A stretch of 64,000 nucleotides of DNA from Octopus sinensis (taxonomy: Eukaryota), in the NCBI RefSeq assembly GCF_006345805.1, contig NC_042998.1:175150001-175214000 (forward strand), given 5' to 3'. The notes beneath the pieces were generated by a model that was not told the origin of the DNA, did no database searches, and saw only the letters and a program-made list of their open reading frames with translations. A program made the translations under genes and the position numbers. Below are positions 11,300-22,679 of the stretch, piece after piece. The number at the start of each line of letters is the position of its first letter. The first letter of the stretch is position 1.

Positions 11300-11500
11300 T
11301 TACTTGGCAACTTCACTAGTGCCAGAGGCTTGAAAAAACACCCGGTACACACCATAAAGTGGTTGGGATTAGGAAGAGCATCAGCTGTAGAAACCATGCC
11401 AAAACTGACACTGGAACAGAGTGCAGCCCCGCCGCATGCCATATCCTGTCAAACCATCCATCCGATGCTAACATGGAAAATGGGTGTTGAAAGATGATGA
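11300..11500 (+). mobile_element. RTE-type 3' tail fragment
   Basis: AGTGGTTGGGATTAGGAAGAGCATCAGCTGTAGAAAC...(GAT)n. Confidence 0.8.
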
Positions 11501-12232
11501 TTTTTGTGAATGTAATCTTTCCATAAGATAAGATATAGCTATATTATTATATTTCTCTGTTGTATTTAATACTAATTACAATAGTACTCTATGTAAGCAT
11601 AGCTGGATGTTCAGTCATTGTGAATTTAAGGTTGATATTTGATGAAAAAATGTAATCAGAGCACAAATTCCAGACAGTTGCAGTTTTATACAGACACACA
11701 GTGTGACTAAACTATCATATTTATCTATGGAATGACAAATCACAATAATTTCCATAGAAACTCCAAACTTTGCAGTGATTTGCCAGACATCTCTGGGGAA
11801 TCTAAATGGTCAACCTGACATTCTTCTCCCATTTTTTTTTTTTTACAGTGAGATATGAATTGAGACAAATTTGGTTGCTATTTCTAGTTGGTCAAATAAC
11901 TACATAAGACATCACTAATTTTGTTGTCATTTATATCTATTGCAACTTTCAATTAAAGTTTAAAATTATTAATAATGCTTACTACTATTAGAATCAGTAG
12001 AGTGGTGGACAAAAATGTGCGCAGAATTTAGTTTTAGCTCTTTTTATGTTCTGTGTTTAATCCCACTGAGGTGAACTTTGCCTATTTTCCCTCTAGGTTC
12101 AATAAAATAAAGTACCAGTCAGTTGTATTCGTATAAGATGTCTTGGATATGATTGGCATTATTATAAACATCAGTATGTTTTGAAGATGCATGCTGCACA
12201 AAATGCTTAATGGCATTTTGTCTGTTTTTATG

Positions 12233-12520
12233 TTCATCATCATCATTTAACATTGCTTTCCATGCTGGCATGGTTGGACAGTTTGGCAGGAGGTTGCACC
12301 AGGCTTTGCTGTCTGTTTTGGCATGGTTTTTACAGCTGGATGCCCTTCCTAATGCCAACCACTCAACAGTGTGGACTGGATGCTTTTTACGTGGCACCAA
12401 CACTGGCAGGGTCACTAAGTAACTTGTAAGACAAAGATCCTTTGAGAAGGGAGGGGGCATTGGAGGAGCTGATCTTGTGCCAGATGATGAAACACTAGTG
12501 TGACAGAGAGACAGAGACAT
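12233..12520 (-). mobile_element. RTE-type 3' tail fragment
   Basis: (CAT)n + CAGCTGGATGCCCTTCCTAATGCCAACCACTC motif. Confidence 0.85.
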
Positions 12521-13614
12521 TGTGAGTTCAAATTCCACTTTGACTTTGCTTTTTATCTTTCCTGGGATTGATAAATTAAGTACCAGTTGAACACTGGGGT
12601 CAATACTATCCCCTTCTCCCCCACACAAATTTGAGGCCTTATGCTTATAGCAGAAAGGAATATTAAGTGAAGATGCTGTTTAACCCCGGGTTAGATTTGA
12701 TTGGTTTCGCCTCTGGCAGCCATGATCATTTTGACTTTTTTTTAGACATGGTGTAGCTAGGACTACATTATCCTATGTGTCTTTCCGTTTTCAATACAAT
12801 CCATTGAAGAAGGTTACTCATTGCTTTTATTTGTTTGGAAATGCAGCACAAATTAGTTTAATTTTGATTCCAATAAAGATAAATTTAGTCAAACATTAAA
12901 TGTTTACTTTTTAGCTTGCAAGAGGACCTTCAATTTACTAGATCGAAGGTCTTTATTTGAGTTTTAGACAGGATAGTCAGTTAATCCATTTATCTTTGCA
13001 AGACAGGTTAACATTTGTTCTATTGATTGATTTTGCTCTTCATATTTTAAACAACCAGACTCTGTTTCATTAAATTCATTACATTGTGAAGTGTTTAATA
13101 ATATGGGTCTACTTGGTAGTATAGTGTGAGTTATTGGAATTAGTGGAATATTGGATAGAACTGTTTACAGTTCTTTCCAAAATGCCTACCACCATCGCCA
13201 TTTATTACTATACCTTTTTTTTCAATCACAACACCTATGTAACAAGGAATGGTCCTAGAACTATCTTATTCAATACTTATATCATTCGCTCTTTTTTTTA
13301 TTATTAACCATCATTCTCTCTCACTTTATCACACTTCATTTACATCCAACACTTTTTACCAATAACCATCTTTATTTCTGTACGGTTCAATTCAGGTACA
13401 TGATGTTGATAAACCACAAAAATGGTGAAATATCAGTATCCATCACTCCTGAATGGGATTGGAGGCAAGTTGTGTTACCTGTCTATGACTTTCAGGTGCT
13501 TAGCACCCAATGTTACGAGGTAGTTGTCTCCAAAATGCTATACTGCAGTGAACCAGCAAACAAGCAAAATACATACATTGAGTATGTGCAATTAAAAATG
13601 TTTACAACACTAGT

Positions 13615-14024
13615 ACTCTTTTCTCTTTTACTTGTTTCAGTCATTTGACTGCAGCCATGCTGGAGCACCGCCTTTAGTCGAGCAACTCGACCCCAGGACT
13701 TATTCTTTTGTAAGCCCAGTACTTATTCTATCGGTCTCTTTTGCCGAACCGCTAAGTGACGGGGACGTAAACACACCAGCATCGGTTGTCAAGCAATGCT
13801 AGGGGGACAAACACAGACACACAAACATATACACACACATACATATATATATATATATACATATATACGACAGGCTTCTTTCAGTTTCCGTCTACCAAAT
13901 CCACTCACAAGGCTTTGGTCGGCCCGGGGCTATAACAGAAGACACTTTCCTAAGATGCCACGCAGTGGGACTGAACCCGGAACCATGTGGTTGGTTAGCA
14001 AGCTACTTACCACACAGCCACTCC
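13615..14024 (-). mobile_element. Young full-length tRNA/CORE-type SINE with internal (TA)/(TG) microsatellite
   Basis: Head GGAGTGGCTGTGTGGTAAG..GGTTCCGGGTTCAGTCCC (A/B boxes), CORE-like CTTAGGAAAGTG, tail ..CAGCATGGCTGCAGTCAAATGACTGAAACAAGTAAAAGAG; CpGs retained. Confidence 0.9.
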
Positions 14025-14456
14025 AGTACTGTTTCTAATTCATAATAAAATGATTTATAATATATTGCATTTAGCTCCATTGAAATAGGAACACAGCCAT
14101 CTAGACATAGACTTTCATTTTTTTGTTAATTCATGGAGAGGAAGTAAATAAATTAGTACTGTGACCCTCATTGTTATGGTGAACGTGTATGTGTGCGTGC
14201 ATATATATATATAAAAAGAGAAATATATAAACATGCTAAGTGTTTAAGGTATTTTTATGAGGATGGGCTACAATTATATGTACCATGTACAAGTGTAAAG
14301 CATGTATGCACATGTGTGTATGAGTATATATGTTACAATTGGTATTATCCAGTTATACATCACACAACCAGTAATATACTGCTTGGCAGTATTTTTAAAT
14401 ATTACTGCTTTATTATATTGTGTTATTTTCCTGACTTATGGTCAATTTTCTGATTT

Positions 14457-14467
14457 CATATATATGT

Positions 14468-14526
<59 letters not shown>
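14457..14526. repeat. (TA)n microsatellite
   Basis: Seen directly. Confidence 0.95.
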
Positions 14527-14529
<3 letters not shown>

Positions 14530-14722
14530 GTGCAGGTGGCACGTAAAAAACACCCACTACACTCGCGGAGTGGTTGGCGTTAGGAGGGGCATCCAGCTGT
14601 AGAAACACTGCCAGACTAGACTGGAGCCTGGGGCAGTCCCTAGCTCCCCAGACCCCGGTCGAAACTGTCCAACCCGTGCTAGCGCGGAAAACGGACGTTA
14701 AACGATGATGATGATGATGATG
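14527..14722 (+). mobile_element. Young RTE 3' tail inserted in (TA)n
   Basis: GGTGGCACGTAAAAAACACCCACTACAC...GGACGTTAAACGATGATGATG, TA runs on both sides. Confidence 0.9.
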
Positions 14723-14733
14723 ATATATATATA

Positions 14734-14925
14734 TATGTTGGTCCCGGGTTGAGTCGGGGTTAACCACAGTAAATAAGGTACTCAATACATAGCAGAGTAA
14801 AGTAATTTATTTTATAGAAGGAGCTTCTACAGGACTAGAACTGTTTCATTCAGATGAAATCTTCAGAAAGCTGGCTGTCAATATAAGGGTCTGGTATTTA
14901 TACATTTATACATCTGCCTAAATGA
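14734..14925 (-). mobile_element. Penelope-terminal-repeat-like element with hammerhead-like core
   Basis: Minus strand: TATAAATA, then CTGAAGA-TTTCATCTGAAT-GAAAC (14841-14866), then AATAAA; flanked by TA runs. Confidence 0.55.
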
Positions 14926-14926
14926 A

Positions 14927-14958
<32 letters not shown>

Positions 14959-15713
14959 TCTGAAGTTTGTAGGCTTATATTGTTTAATATATCCTTATTT
15001 AGAATAGTAGGGTTTGATTTGAAGGAAATTTGGTTGATATTTCTTGCAGCTCTAACAACCACATAAAATCTTCCTTTGCTTGTACAGTCATGTAGTTCTA
15101 GTTACTGTTGAAACCATTGTAGGCTGCAAATGTAGCTTGGCTGTCAACAATGAACACACACCCACAATTACATATATACATGCCTACATATATACACTAA
15201 TGCATGTGCACATGCAAACCAGCCCCATGTATTATTAAGTCTCTCCTTAATTCCACCACTGAATAGTATTTACTGAATAAAATTGCTACATTTCACATAG
15301 ATTCTTTGTCAACCGCTTTTTGTAAGTAACTTACTGATGTAATCTCTATTATCATTCTTTAAATGGATCTTGTATTTTTAGGATAAACACTTTGTTGTCC
15401 TGTCATCAGCGGTGAATAGTGTAGTGTCTGTGATAAAGGGACTCATTTCTCTACTGGCCCAGCCCACTTTACTGAAAGTGGACAACATAAAGAAAAATTG
15501 GTCCATTACTTTAAGTAACAGCATCTCTACAAAAATTGACATAGACTTTTTTTTAGTTAACAATGCTGACTTATAATTCATACTGTGGATACAAATGGAG
15601 AAAAGATGGATTCTGCAGAAGTAAACACTTAAATATGATACACAAAGATGTATCATATTCACTTTAAGGTTTAAAAGGAGTTATAGATAGGACTCACTAT
15701 TGTTATCTTTTTT

Positions 15714-16315
15714 TTTCAATTCAATTTTTATTGGCTCAAAAAGCAAAAGCAAGGCCATGTAGGGGCACAGGGAGTTATGTACAGGGAGGGTGGTCATACA
15801 AAGAGTTCAGGCCATTTCTGGTCAAGAGAGGCTTTGAACTGAGCAGTCGTCGGCATCTTCACTATCTCGTCCGGCAGCTTATTCCACGGGTCTGCAACTC
15901 AGACGGAGAAAGCCCCTCTCTTTCAATTGAGATGAAATTGTCGTAGATAGAGCTTTTCAGAGTGACCCCGCAGCCCATGCTCTGGAGCAGGAGTGAAGAA
16001 CAGCTCTTTAGAGAGGTTACACTTTCCGCTTGTGATGTTGTGAACAAGAATGAGATCACCACGGTGTCAGCGTTTTTCGAGAGAATAAAGGTCGAGCGTC
16101 TTCAGCCTTTCTTCATAAGACAAATGCTTGAGACCAAGAACCATGCGGGTAGCCAGCTTCTGGACTCTTTCAAGATGATGTATGTCTTTGAGGAGATAAG
16201 GAGAAGAGGCCTGAATCCTGTACTCCAATATGGGTCTCACCAGCGTGATATAGAGCGGTAGGAATATGGCTGCTGTGAGCATTCCAAATGACCGTCGAAT
16301 TAAAAGCAGAACTTG
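15714..16315 (-). mobile_element. 5'-truncated CR1 LINE (RT C-terminus + 3' UTR)
   Basis: LIRRSFG..LYITLVRPILEY...LERVQKLATRMV.GLKHLSYEERL..LDLYSLEKR; three in-frame TGA stops; tail ATTGAATTGAA. Confidence 0.95.
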
Positions 16316-17062
16316 AATATAACCTTCTATACAATGACAGGATAGTTTAATTGTCAGTTCCAACAGTTATGTTTTATCAAACATCAATAATTCTATGCAG
16401 TATGCTATAACTGATTTTTTTGGGGGTTGTTTCAGTAAAGGTCTTGTTATCTGTCATTTTAAATAGCGATTCATCATTAGAGACTATGGTCATTCTGTGA
16501 CTGATATTAATGGGGAAATCAATTTCAGTCAAAAATACTAGATATGTTCTTTCTTTGTGTCACACTAACACTTTTTTTACTGTGTCAATTCTTGCCAATG
16601 TCGGTCTCTTTGAATACTAATGTTTATATGTTCATGTAACATAAGTACCTATCAGTTTCTGTACTCATCCTGTCAGTATCTTATAACACACAATAACTGT
16701 GTGTGTGTGTGTGTGTGTGTATGGAATAGCATTTCTTTCTTATATATCGTGTTTATATCTGCATGCATGCATACATACATATTATGGAAATGTTGAAACA
16801 CCAATATAAATTCACATAATCCACAAATATATGTAACAAGTACCAACCCAGTGAGCTACTTGAATCATTATCATGTCAGACAAAACTGCTTAGCAGCATT
16901 TCAATGTTTTTTACATTCTGGGTTCAAATTCTGCTGAAGTTGATTTAGCCTTTCATCCTTTCAAGGTTAATAAAATAATATAAAATAGCAGTTACGTACT
17001 GGCAACATTGTAATTCAACTCATCCTCTTCCCAAACCTTCAGGTTTTGTGCCTATTTTAAAA

Positions 17063-17460
17063 TCTTTATATACATAAAGCTGAAGTTGTCTATGTATGGC
17101 AGGTTTGGTTGCCTTCAACTAACACTATCTCCTCCGAGACCCTGTGGTGCAAGTTGACCAAAATTGAGAGTGTGATAGAAGAAGGCTTGCTCTTCCTTCC
17201 GTAGAAGAAAAAATTCAAATAGGACCATGTTAACACCAAAAATTATTTACCTCAAAAAGGTGCCTTTTTTCTATGAAAATCCCTATTGTTGGTGATTTTT
17301 TTACTGCTGTGTCACCATTTTTTGGTGTATTTCAACCAGAAAAATGTTCACTTAAAGAGAATAACAAGCTACATTATGCAAAATTTTTACTTTTCAAAAA
17401 TTCCAATTCTAAAGGGTCGAAAAGAAAACAAACCCAAGCAACGCTGGGCTATACAGCTAG
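17063..17460 (+). mobile_element. Non-autonomous Helitron (398 bp), second subfamily
   Basis: A|TCTTTATATACATAAAG start, hairpin CCCAAGCAACGCTGGG, CTAG|T end. Confidence 0.85.
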
Positions 17461-18675
17461 TTATTTTTATTTTTATTGTGTAACCAGTTCCATGTCCATT
17501 GTGTACGGGCCATGTTTTGTTTTCACATTTTTATAAATTCAAAAACTGTTATGAAGATTGATTCTGTTTCCAGTGACCATATTCTAGCTGTCTCTTTCTA
17601 AATCATACCTGTATCCATTTCTACTTCCTCCACCTCCCTTTTCTTCCACTTCCCCTCTTCCTCTTGTTTCTTATTCAAATATTTATCATCTAACATCTTG
17701 CTCTGTTTTAAAACTGTGTAATGTATTGAAAGCAAAGATTAACTGAGTTGCAATTCCCAGTTGAAGTCAATTCATTTCAAACTTAGAAAGTTTTGGAATA
17801 TCACAGACTAATTCTTACAAATATATCTTGTTCTTTGAGTCTGGTCTGTAGTCAAAACATTTATTTTATGCACACTCCTAAATGTAATATATTCTATTAA
17901 TCAATCACTGATGTCTTATATACAAGCATTTCTATAAACTCTGAGAAACCATGTATGTATATATTATCTATATACTTACACACACACACATACCAGTTGC
18001 ATTTCCTGGAATAAAATGTATGACTCAGATATAGAAATGAGCTCAAATAAATCAGATTTTAATAACAAAAAGAAATCTTTCGTTTTTTATGAGAGGCAAC
18101 TGGAAAAGTGGTACATACATGTTACATTATACAGCTCCTGTGGTAATTATATGGTTTACATTTCTAGATTTGAATGCTGTGGCTTAACGACCAAGAGTTG
18201 TTCCTGATGCACGTGCGCATTACGCGCACATTTTTTTTTTGTTGTTTTTGTCTTTTCTAAATACATTTTATGTATGTGTATCAACTGACTTTTCATCTGA
18301 TCTAGGAAAGAATTAGAAATGTTAGGTATGTTCAGGGAGAAATTTGACCTGAATTTTCAGGGAAATCCAGGTCATGTTTGGATAAGCACACTGATTGCCA
18401 GAAAACTACCTGTTTACTTATGTTTAACTGTTTGTCAGTGGGGTGGTGTTAGGGGTGGTGGTACTTGCGAATGAATTGTATAACTGTTGAATATCTTTTG
18501 CCTGATTCTTCTCTCATGTCTGTCTATAGCTTCTTGATTATTACCTAATGTTGGCTGTGGCTAAGCTAGTCATTCATTAGGGTCACTTGTAAAATCACTT
18601 GTAAATTCAAAAGAAAACATGTTGGCAACATTATCATCATCACCAGCACCATCTTTATCTGCATCATCATCTATA

Positions 18676-18881
18676 CCTATTTCTTTATTACCCACAAGGG
18701 GCTAAACACAGAGTGGACAAACAAGGACAGACATAGGTATTAAGTCGATTACATTGACCCCAGTGCGTAACTGGTACTTAATTTATCGACCCCGAAAGGA
18801 TGAAAGGCAAAGTCGACCTCGGCGGAATTTGAACTCACAACGTAACGCAGACGAAATACCGCTAAGCATTTCGCCGCCGCC
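18676..18881 (-). mobile_element. Young OK/Meta-type SINE with a deletion in the tRNA head
   Basis: GTGAGTTCAAATTCCGCCGAGGTCGACTTTGCCTTTCATCCTTTCGGGGTCGATAAATTAAGTACCAG; lacks the segment present at 49925-49950. Confidence 0.9.
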
Positions 18882-20015
18882 TTAATCATCTATACCACCA
18901 CCACCACTATCATTGTTCTCAGCAGCAGTAAGATTGTCACATCCATATCTTACAGTAACATCCAAATTCCCATAATGGCATTTACTAGCCTTATTTTATG
19001 TAATTTCATTCATTGCTTTACCCTAATTATAATCACTAGAGTTATCATCTATCTGTTAAGGTGGTGATAAGGACAAGTTTGTTGCCTAATTAAAAACAGG
19101 CTATGAACTCTGCCAGAATTGACTTTTCATCCTGCTATGATCAATAACCAAAGAATGAAATGGAGCCTTTATATAACTGTTAAGAATAGCATTGTATCTT
19201 TCTCATTTTAAATGGATACTGGATGATGTAGTCTTAAATATCAGACTGTCTGAAAAAAGACTTGATAGTTACAGGTGGAATGTTTTTGATCTTAGGCCTA
19301 TTCCATCAGGAATTATCTGGGGTAAACAGCAATAACAACAAATATTTAAATACGCTATCTTACAACTGTATCTATCTACTCTTGAGCCTTGTTAAAACAA
19401 AACGTTCATTATTTTTTTCCCCAGTTGTTATTATAATAATTTCGTTTTTATGATAATTGTCTGGAAACTTCTATCAGTGAAGGATTCTGAAAATATTTTT
19501 ATTTTCATTAATATTTCTATGATATTGTTGATCTGGAATAACCAAAATCCCAATGGTTCATGCCTACTAAAAACAACTGTGAAATGCATTGAAGTTAATG
19601 TCACAAAGACAAATTTTCTGTTTACATTTGTTTCATTGTATAATTAGTCTGAGAGAGGACAGTGAAGTGTGGGAAATGGTAGAAAGCAAGATTAAATGTT
19701 TTACAGTATTTAGTTACGTCCTTTTGCTTTCTGGTTTTAAATCCCTTGCGGGTTTTATTTCCTTCCATCTCTACATGGTCAATAAAATAAGTACCAATAG
19801 TGTACTTGAATTGATTCACTTGGCTGTATCATACACCACCACCTCTAACATATTGTTGGCTTTTTAGCAAAATTAGAACTTCAGTGAAAGTGGTAAGTCA
19901 ACAGTAATAATAGAATGCCAGATAAATTATTATACAGTACTGTTGTATACTTGTTCATTTTGAGTTCAAATCACATTAATGTTTGGCTCTAGCAGAATTT
20001 ACTTTCATAACATAG

Positions 20016-20385
20016 GCACAGGCATAGCTGTACAGTTAAGAAGATTACTTTGCAACCATGTGGCTTTAGGTTCAGTTCCATTGTGCAGTTCCTTGGACAA
20101 GTGTCTTTTACTATAGCTCTAGGCTGTCCAATGCCTTGTCACTAAATTTCATAGATGGAAAATATATGGAAGCCCATTGTGTATATAATTATACACATGT
20201 TGTGTTTTTGGCTTTGTCACTCCCACTGCTTGGCAATAGGTGTTGGTTTGTTTACCTCCTTGTAACTTAGCTCAGCAAAAGAAGCCAATAGAATAAGTAC
20301 CAGAGTTGAAAAAATAAGTTCTGGGTGTGATTTGTTTAACTAAACCTCTCAAGGCAGTGCCCTAACATGAAACAATTAGAAGATA
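20016..20385 (+). mobile_element. tRNA/CORE-type SINE, old copy
   Basis: Homologous to 13615-14024. Confidence 0.8.
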
Positions 20386-20554
20386 ACAGTAAAAATCAGG
20401 TAACAAAATATTTTGTTTTTGGTTCTAATGATTGTAAAAGCACAGGTTTGGTTCACTAGAGTGTCTGTTCCTTTGATATATGTAAGTAAAAGTACTGTCT
20501 TGAATCCTAGGATTCATAGGGTTGATTACTTGGTTCCTATGGTCTATAAATGAT

Positions 20555-20748
20555 CAAGATCACACCATTCTCCCTGAATGGAATGCCATTCCATTGTAGG
20601 GTTACTCATTGACAGCTGAGTGGGCTGCTGCAATGGGAAATGAAATGTTTTGCTCGAGAAGACAATGCACTGCCTGGTTTGAGAATTGAAACTGCAATCT
20701 TATGATCATTAGTGAAAACACCCTAACCACAAAGGCCATATGCCTTCA
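20555..20748 (-). mobile_element. V-domain-type SINE, old copy
   Basis: Homologous to 3290-3512. Confidence 0.7.
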
Positions 20749-20794
20749 CTTGAAATATATATATATATATATATATATAAAATAATGTTTCTAG

Positions 20795-21068
20795 AGGTGT
20801 TTTATTCAAACCCCAAAGAATCCCTCTCAACACATGGCTATGATGCACCCCCACTACTTCTGCTCGTGATCAGAGATGCACATATTGTCAACCACTAAGA
20901 GACATGGTCAACTGATTAAGGTCAAACAACTGACAAGCAAATCTGTGGTATTGAGCAGAATATTTGCTGTAGCCCATCTTTTATACCAAGACAAAACAAT
21001 GTATATGATAACACTTCCAATCAGTTAAGATCAGAAGCCACGGGAGCCACTGCCTGGGACTGCACAGG
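20795..21068. repeat. Probable interspersed repeat of unknown class
   Basis: GC-richer block between (TA)n and (ATT)n; recalled as a common octopus repeat but single-copy in this window. Confidence 0.35.
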
Positions 21069-21103
21069 GCATTATTATTATAATTATTATTATTATTATT
21101 ATT

Positions 21104-21882
21104 CAGTAGTTTTATTTTTATAGCGTGCTTTCACTTCACTACCGAGCGCAGCTCTGTGTGCCTTGGGTATGTGCTGTGATTTGTTGTGATGCTCTGATGG
21201 TTATTGTATGGAAAGTGTTCTGCGTAGGATGTGTGCAGTGCCTAGTAGTGCAATTTTCTGTATGTTATATGTGTTTGTAAGTCCTGGTGTTTTTGTTATG
21301 TATTTGTCTGAATATTTTTTTATCATGCCTAATGCACCTACTATGATAGGAATTGTTTCTGTTTTCAGGTTCCACATTCTAGTTACCTCTATTTCCAGGT
21401 CTTTGTATTTTGAGAGTTTCTCCATTTCTTTTAGAGACACGTTGTCATCTGCCGGTATTGATACATCAATTAGAAAGCATTTTTTTTCTTCATGATCTCT
21501 GACAACTATATCTGGTCTGTTGGCCTTAATTTCTCTATCTGTATGTATCGGCATATCCCAGAGTATGGTTGCTTTCTCGTTTTCTGTGACCTTTTCTGGT
21601 GTGTGCCTATACCATCTTTTTTCTGTTGTTATTCCATAATGTTAGCATAGCTTCCAATGTATGTAGGTTCCAACTCTGTCATGTCTGTGAATATATTCCT
21701 TCTTAGCCAGGACTGGGCAGCTAGAGATAATATGATTTATTGTTTCTTGTTCATCTCCACATATTCTGCAGTTACTTGTAATATTTCTTTTCATTACATG
21801 TTTTTGGTAATTTCTGGTGGGGAGGCTTTGGTCTTGTGCTGCAATTAAAAATCCCTCTGTTTCTGCTTTGAAATTATTTGAA
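21104..21882 (-). mobile_element. 5'-truncated R4/Dong-clade non-LTR retrotransposon (CCHC + restriction-like endonuclease)
   Basis: One frame 21882-21201 with a single stop at 21642-21644: AETEGFLIAAQDQ, CRICGDEQETINHIISSC, HDRV, NRPDIVV..LIDVSIP, EKLSKYKDL, IQKIALLGTAHILRR; (ATT)n on both sides. Confidence 0.92.
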
Positions 21883-21938
<56 letters not shown>

Positions 21939-21960
21939 CATTGTTATTATTATTATTATT
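21883..21960. repeat. (ATT)n microsatellite
   Basis: Seen directly; partner tract at 21071-21103. Confidence 0.95.
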
Positions 21961-22200
21961 GCCTAGTGGTTGGGGTGTTGCACTCAAGATCTAGTGATTG
22001 TGATTTCAATTCCTAGAACAGGTGGTGTGTTGTCTTCTTAAGCAAAACTCTTCATCTCACATTGCTATACAATCACTTCAACACCTGATGCGTGGTACAT
22101 CGTGCACCTGTTCAGCTAACATCAGTTTGATGGAAGGAATGAGCTAATTTATGGCACATACATTTGATCACTATCAACAAATCATCTGTGCAGGTTGTTC
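21961..22200 (+). mobile_element. tRNA-derived SINE (head like 3290/20555 family, different tail)
   Basis: GCCTAGTGGTTGGGGTG head, TTCTTAAGCAAAAC central motif. Confidence 0.55.
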
Positions 22201-22679
22201 CCCCCCCCCTGTAAAAAGCTGAATGCTCATATGTCATCTTCGAAAGGAGAATCCATCATCATCATCATCATTATGAGGAGGAGGAGATGATTTAGTTGTA
22301 TGCGTAAGAGTAATAAGAGGAGGAAGGTGGTTTGATGTTATTGTCGGTGGGGGATAAAATGTTTGCAAAGTGTTTTAAATAGGTCTGTTGTGTGTAGGAG
22401 GAAGGGGTAAATGACACACAATGGGAAAATTATGTTGGTGAATTAGGATTAAAAATGTGTACACTAGGATTAAAGGACTGGTTATTAAACTATTAAGATT
22501 ACAACAGGATGTTATTTGTTCATTCAGAGCAAAAATCTAGCAATCAAGAAAAATACATAAGACACATGAACAAAATTTCCAAATTTCCATAATATAAGTA
22601 GCAATCTAAATTTAGTCTTGGTGGTAGTGATGGTGGTGTTAGTAGTAGTAGTAGTAGTAGTAGTAGTAAAGCACTGGTT

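Noticed and set aside
12925-12951. GACCTTC/GAAGGTC hairpin
   Set aside because: 7-bp stem with no family features; expected by chance
15335-15368. Minus mini-exon IHLKNDNRDYI resembling the PTP DYINA motif
   Set aside because: Weak acceptor and no other phosphatase motif found in the window
18160-18207. RFECCG, resembling the tetraspanin CCG motif
   Set aside because: Frame stops after a few codons; no transmembrane exons identified
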